In this document: piece after piece, positions 59,566 to 64,000 of the stretch
Position numbering within the stretch: position 1 is the first letter of the stretch
Layout of the letters: each line of letters opens with the position of its first letter
Origin: Candidatus Moraniibacteriota bacterium
GTDB lineage: Bacteria; Patescibacteriota; Minisyncoccia; Moranbacterales; DUUL01
Length of the DNA stretch: 64,000 nucleotides
NCBI GenBank assembly: GCA_041583775.1
Contig: JBFHFF010000004.1
Location: 66,428 to 130,427, forward strand
Direction of reading: 5' to 3'
The notes under the pieces: generated by a model
Database searches by the model: none
The model's input: the letters and a program-made list of their open reading frames with translations, nothing else
Told to the model about the DNA's origin: nothing
Translations under genes and position numbers: made by a program

Positions 59566-60834
59566 CTAAACACTTTCTTTCCCACAATTTGGGCAATGTG
59601 CTAGATATCTAATCTTCTTTCCTCCACAATTCTTACAAACCTCTTTTAACCTAAGTCCACAATCTGGACAAAAATTATGTTTGTAATTTATAGGAAAAGA
59701 GCATCCTGGACATTTTTTGTCTTTCAATCTTCTGACCGCGACTTTTTTTGTACTAAAAACTCTTTTTTGAATATAAAAAACAATTCCACCAAAAATTCCG
59801 ATTATCAAGAAAGTGGCACCATAATAAATTACATACCTCAAAAATGGCACTGCCAAGAAAAATCTAAACACTCTTGCAAGCCACTCTTTTGGCAAAATGT
59901 CATATAAAAAGACGACCATTACCTGCAAAAATAAAAACGCAAAAGCAGTGGTGATTGCTGTTAAAATGATTGTATAGGGACTGTTTCTTTTTTTGAATTT
60001 CAAATAATAGAAAACTGAAATTGCAAATAATGGCAAAATAAAAACCAGTGTCAAGAGAAATGCTTTGAATTTATACCACGCTTTTTTGTTTTGATAATAT
60101 TCCTGGGCTTCTTTGTAGCTTTGTTTCAAATCTTCCGTTGGTAATGCTAACCCCGCAATGATTTTGGATTTTTCGGCTTCAAGATTTTTTATCTGCTTTC
60201 TTAAAACTTCCCCGTTAGTTCTCTCAATTGAAATCTTATCTCTTATTTGTTGTATATTCATAATAGCCTCCTCTTCTGCCATTTTCTCTTGCAAACTGAG
60301 GTCATATTCCCCGTTCAATTTTTGAAACTCTAATTCTGCAGCATTAAGTTGTTTTTTGCTAAGTGCTATCTCTTTATTCAATGAAACAACCTCTTGAAGT
60401 TGAGGTTCCATTTCATTATATTTGACATCTATATCGAATCTCCTATCAACAGAATTGAAACCAACATATTCAGAACAATTTAAATGATTTGCATTAACAA
60501 TGTTTTCAGCAGATGACAGCGCACATTGAGATGGAGCAACTGGTTTCTCTAGAATATTTCTAAGATCTGCAAAAATAGTTTCCCCAACACCTATAACAAA
60601 AATGACCATAAAAAACAAAAGAACATATCCAAGTTTTGATGTCTTTTTTTCACTTATTTCCTCATATTCTTCATTAGAATCTCTATTTGCTAGTTCTAAT
60701 AGATCCATTCCTTGCTGTTCTTTTTCCTCATATGCAATTTCTTCGACCACCGGTTGAATTTTTTCTTTTTGTATAACTTCTTTTTGCGTAGCCTCAGCCA
60801 TCTGTTCTTTTTGCTTTTTTTCCTCGAGATCCAT
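59566..60834 (-). CDS. membrane protein with acidic coiled-coil N-terminus, three TM segments and a C-terminal double zinc-ribbon
   Basis: CPGCSFP...CPDCG...CKNCG...CPNCG; start set at MDLEEKK. Confidence 0.55.
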   Translation of the reverse strand: MDLEEKKQKEQMAEATQKEVIQKEKIQPVVEEIAYEEKEQQGMDLLELANRDSNEEYEEISEKKTSKLGYVLLFFMVIFVIGVGETIFADLRNILEKPVAPSQCALSSAENIVNANHLNCSEYVGFNSVDRRFDIDVKYNEMEPQLQEVVSLNKEIALSKKQLNAAELEFQKLNGEYDLSLQEKMAEEEAIMNIQQIRDKISIERTNGEVLRKQIKNLEAEKSKIIAGLALPTEDLKQSYKEAQEYYQNKKAWYKFKAFLLTLVFILPLFAISVFYYLKFKKRNSPYTIILTAITTAFAFLFLQVMVVFLYDILPKEWLARVFRFFLAVPFLRYVIYYGATFLIIGIFGGIVFYIQKRVFSTKKVAVRRLKDKKCPGCSFPINYKHNFCPDCGLRLKEVCKNCGGKKIRYLAHCPNCGKESV

Positions 60835-60968
60835 TTTTTTTGTTTTTAAAATTTTTAAGTAAAAAACTCTAGTTATGTTTATTATAATCCAAAAAAAGGT
60901 ATTTTTCAAAACCAACTTAAACCCATTTATAAAACTAATTTTGTTTATATTTTTAGACTATAAAAACT

Positions 60969-61355
60969 CTACTTTTTCTTTAATTCATCTCTAATCTCCC
61001 TCAAAAGCAAAACATCCTCAGGTATCTCAACTGGTTTTACTTCTTCCTTTTTTTGCAATTTACCTAATTGCTTGATTACAATGAAAATAGCAAAAGCTAT
61101 AATCACAAAATCAACCACTGAATTAATAAACAAACCATAATTCATTGTAACCGCCTCCGTCGTTGCCGTTGCTTTCTTGAGAGTAATTGCTAGATTTGAA
61201 AAATCAACACCACCCAAAAGAATCCCGATTGGAGGCATAATAATATCCGAAACAAAAGAACTAACAATCTTTCCAAAAGCAGCACCAATAATAATACCGA
61301 CTGCTAGATCGATAACATTGCCTTTTATGGCAAATTTCTTAAATTCTTGTAACAT
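60969..61355 (-). CDS. mscL: large-conductance mechanosensitive channel
   Basis: [37 protein letters not shown]. Confidence 0.9.
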   Translation of the reverse strand: MLQEFKKFAIKGNVIDLAVGIIIGAAFGKIVSSFVSDIIMPPIGILLGGVDFSNLAITLKKATATTEAVTMNYGLFINSVVDFVIIAFAIFIVIKQLGKLQKKEEVKPVEIPEDVLLLREIRDELKKK

Positions 61356-61470
61356 AATTTTATGCTTACTAATTATTACTTATTATACACTATCGACCAT
61401 AAATAACAAATATTCTCGCCTCTATTCTAGGTACATTTGAATGGTTAATCGCCAAATTATTAAAAGCTTA

Positions 61471-62556
61471 CTAGTTAAATAAGTTTATATATACCCCATA
61501 CCCTTCTTCTTTCAATTCTTCCTTTGGTATAAACTTGAGTGCTGCTGAATTTATACAATAGCGCTCTCCTTTTGGCGCTGGCCCATCATTGAAAACATGT
61601 CCCAAATGAGAACCAGATTTAGCACCAAGAATTTCCGTACGCTTCACAAAGAATTTTCTATCTTCTTTTTCAACAACAGCATCCCCTGAAATTGGCTTTG
61701 TAAAACTTGGCCAACCTGTGCCAGATTCATATTTATCCTTTGAAGAAAATAACGGCTCCCCAGAAACAATATCGACATAGATTCCATCTCGCTTTTCGTC
61801 CCAATATTCATTTTCAAAAGCTCTTTCCGTTGCACCCTCCTGCGTAACCTTGTATTGTAATGGGGTTAGTTTGTCTAAATCAAATCCTGTTGTCTTCTTT
61901 AGATACTCCTTAACTTCCAGAGCATCGTTTTGCCAACTAGCTTCTAGAAACTTATCCCTTCCAGAACCTCTTCTGTAATATTTATATCTAAGGCCATTTC
62001 TGTCATAATAGTCCTGATGATATTCTTCGGCATTATAGAATTCACCCAGTGGCAGAATATTTGTAGCTATCTCTTTTTTAAAAATCTTAGCATCTGCAAG
62101 TTTTTGTTTTTCTTCTTCGGCGACTTGCTTCTCTTTATCAGTCACATAAAATATAGCTGAGGTATACTGATGTCCTCTATCGCCGAAAGAACCACTTGGA
62201 TCCGTAGGATCAACATGACGAAAAAAATATTGCACCAAGGTGCGATACTCTACTTTTTTTTCATCATAATACACCTGGACTGCCTCACGATGACCAGTTT
62301 TCCCAGCACTTACTTGGTCATATTTTGGATTCTCTATTTCACCTCCTGTATAGCCAGATATAACCTCTTCGACACCTGGGACTTTTTCAAAATCAGCCTC
62401 TACGCACCAAAAACATCCACCAGCAAAAGTAGCTATTTTCAAACCTTCTAAGTTTTTCGTTGGTTTTGATTTCCCTATTAACATAATTGTGATAGTTGCA
62501 ACTGCAACTGTTATTAATAATACTAACGATATCTTTAATTTTTTTTTAATTTCCAT
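61471..62556 (-). CDS. msrAB: membrane-anchored bifunctional methionine sulfoxide reductase MsrA-MsrB
   Basis: GCFWC MsrA active site; C-terminal [10 protein letters not shown]...RYCINS MsrB; N-terminal TM helix. Confidence 0.85.
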   Translation of the reverse strand: MEIKKKLKISLVLLITVAVATITIMLIGKSKPTKNLEGLKIATFAGGCFWCVEADFEKVPGVEEVISGYTGGEIENPKYDQVSAGKTGHREAVQVYYDEKKVEYRTLVQYFFRHVDPTDPSGSFGDRGHQYTSAIFYVTDKEKQVAEEEKQKLADAKIFKKEIATNILPLGEFYNAEEYHQDYYDRNGLRYKYYRRGSGRDKFLEASWQNDALEVKEYLKKTTGFDLDKLTPLQYKVTQEGATERAFENEYWDEKRDGIYVDIVSGEPLFSSKDKYESGTGWPSFTKPISGDAVVEKEDRKFFVKRTEILGAKSGSHLGHVFNDGPAPKGERYCINSAALKFIPKEELKEEGYGVYINLFN

Positions 62557-63089
62557 ATATTTAAAGCTAAAATATTAAAACTTCTTTCCAAATCTTTTCA
62601 CTAGCAAATATTATTGAACAAATAAATTATATTTTATCCAAAAAACCAACCTCATAAGCACTGAGATTTTCAATCCCCTTAATATACCCTTTCTCAAAAG
62701 AAGAATTCGAAAGAATGTCCACCAAAAGAGCACTTTCTGAAATATTTTTTATTATTTCTTCCATCGTCTTTGTGCTATTGAATTAGAATTTCAAAAGTTT
62801 ATACAGATGATTGATTGAATTTATCCTCTCTTTAAATTTGAATAAATTATCTACAAATTTTTATAAACCTAACTCAACAGTACAGACACACAAAGTTCGA
62901 AGTTTCACAATGTGTATAAATTATAACAAGTTTTTGCCATTTTGACAAGCAGAAAGCAAGAAAAATAGCCGTTTTATAACCAATAAACATTGACATTTAA
63001 GCATAAGTGTTGTATATGTAGAGATAGTTACTTGAAATTAGAAAAAACTGATTATTCAGTCTTCAATAAAAAATCTTGGGAGAGAAATT

Positions 63090-64000
63090 ATGGGAGATAT
63101 ACTAGCTTTAGGCAAAATGGAGCCCAATAAATTCGATAAAATAAAAAAACTTCAATTAGAGGGACTTAATCGAGAAAAGTTTCTCGAGGATGTCAGAGAC
63201 TTTATCTCAAAAATACCTAGTGGTGCTGATAACGCAAGAATTTTCTCTCCAACCGTAAGGAGGAAAATTATAACAGAAGGTGTTGTATCAGAAGAACTCA
63301 TCCAATTCATTTCACAAAGGAAAAGTGGTAGAGAACTTCTGACTAATTATGTGCCAGAAAATCCACCAAATAAGAATTACATCGCAAATCTAGAAACTAA
63401 GGTTGTGGTGAAAAAGGAATTGGCTGTCAAAATACTTGCTTCCGTGCGCAAAGTTACGGGGAAAAATAATTCAGAATTAGGGAAGCTTCTTGGATTATCA
63501 AGTAGAGACTTGAGGGACCTTTCTTCTGGCATCAATAAAATTTACCTCATTCAGTTAGAGTTTTTAGCTAGATTGTTTGGTTTTGATCAAGTTGTTTTTT
63601 TCAAAGAAATTCAACTCTCAATAGAAGACTGTTGTGAAGTTCAAACTAAGAATAGTTTTGAGTCAGAAAATCGACACTCTACGGCTGTTTCAACTGAAGC
63701 AGAAACTGTTCCAAGTGACGGTTTCAATGAACCACCTCCTAATGTAAGGAACGGAAGGGAATTAGGTCTGAAAATCGAAGAACTATATGTTCCGAAAGAT
63801 CAAGCTTATGAAGTTCTTTTGAAAATACAATCATTAACTAAAAAAACCCAAAGAGAATTAACTGCCATACTCAGATTATCCAAGGGTACACTCGAGGGAC
63901 TCCGCAAAAAAAGAAACAGGCTGCGCATTTCTCAGCTTGAATATCTCGCAAGGTTTTTCGAATACGACCGAGAAGATTTCTTTAAAAGAATCGGCTTTAC
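63090..64000 (+). CDS. hypothetical protein with two tandem HTH-like modules (partial; runs off the window)
   Basis: ATG after GGGAGAG; internal repeat ELGKLLGLSSRDLRDLSSG...QLEFLARLFGFD versus ELTAILRLSKGTLEGLRKKRNRLRISQLEYLARFFEYD. Confidence 0.5.
   Translation, partial: MGDILALGKMEPNKFDKIKKLQLEGLNREKFLEDVRDFISKIPSGADNARIFSPTVRRKIITEGVVSEELIQFISQRKSGRELLTNYVPENPPNKNYIANLETKVVVKKELAVKILASVRKVTGKNNSELGKLLGLSSRDLRDLSSGINKIYLIQLEFLARLFGFDQVVFFKEIQLSIEDCCEVQTKNSFESENRHSTAVSTEAETVPSDGFNEPPPNVRNGRELGLKIEELYVPKDQAYEVLLKIQSLTKKTQRELTAILRLSKGTLEGLRKKRNRLRISQLEYLARFFEYDREDFFKRIGF

Noticed and set aside
1-64000. CRISPR arrays, rRNA genes, intact IS or transposase genes
   Set aside because: No short regularly spaced repeats, no rRNA signature sequences and no DDE or HUH transposase motifs were seen.

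Overview
This is an AT-rich (~one-third GC by eye) 64-kb window with compact, strongly strand-biased gene packing; most genes are on the minus strand. The content looks like a reduced-genome monoderm-type bacterium, plausibly Candidate Phyla Radiation/Patescibacteria, but that is inferred from gene content only. The core genes are housekeeping and cell-envelope genes. They include rmlC-rmlB-rmlD, two divergent O-antigen-ligase-like (Wzy_C) membrane proteins, valS, an Hsp20, a VanW-like protein, a ROK kinase, a 2-hydroxyacid dehydrogenase, YvcK, CtpA, GT2, LCP and GT4 genes, a short Rel, yidD, a CorA-like protein, a Wzx-type flippase, cysK-cysS behind a T-box-like leader, dusB, recR, dnaB, ruvC, yebC, PBP2-mreDCB, proS, rseP, frr, a monocistronic groES, a MiaB-family methylthiotransferase, rpmE, mscL, msrAB and a NUDIX/MFS cluster. 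Seven tRNAs were read by eye: His, Arg, Lys, Met, initiator Met, Ala and Ile. The most unusual segment is a ~6.6-kb accessory island at about 49.2-55.9 kb, between the methylthiotransferase gene and a tRNA-Ala/tRNA-Ile pair. It holds a frameshifted S51 peptidase gene, two diverged copies of a ~245-bp element, a possible start-less gene remnant weakly resembling a recombinase C-terminal tail that abuts tRNA-Ala, and a three-gene operon of unknown function. Each ~245-bp copy begins with a partial copy of the tRNA-Ala 3' end and sits next to an intrinsic terminator. This looks like the scar of repeated site-specific integration at tRNA-Ala, and the operon is a candidate novel cargo system such as a defence or addiction module. 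No CRISPR array, rRNA or intact transposase was seen.
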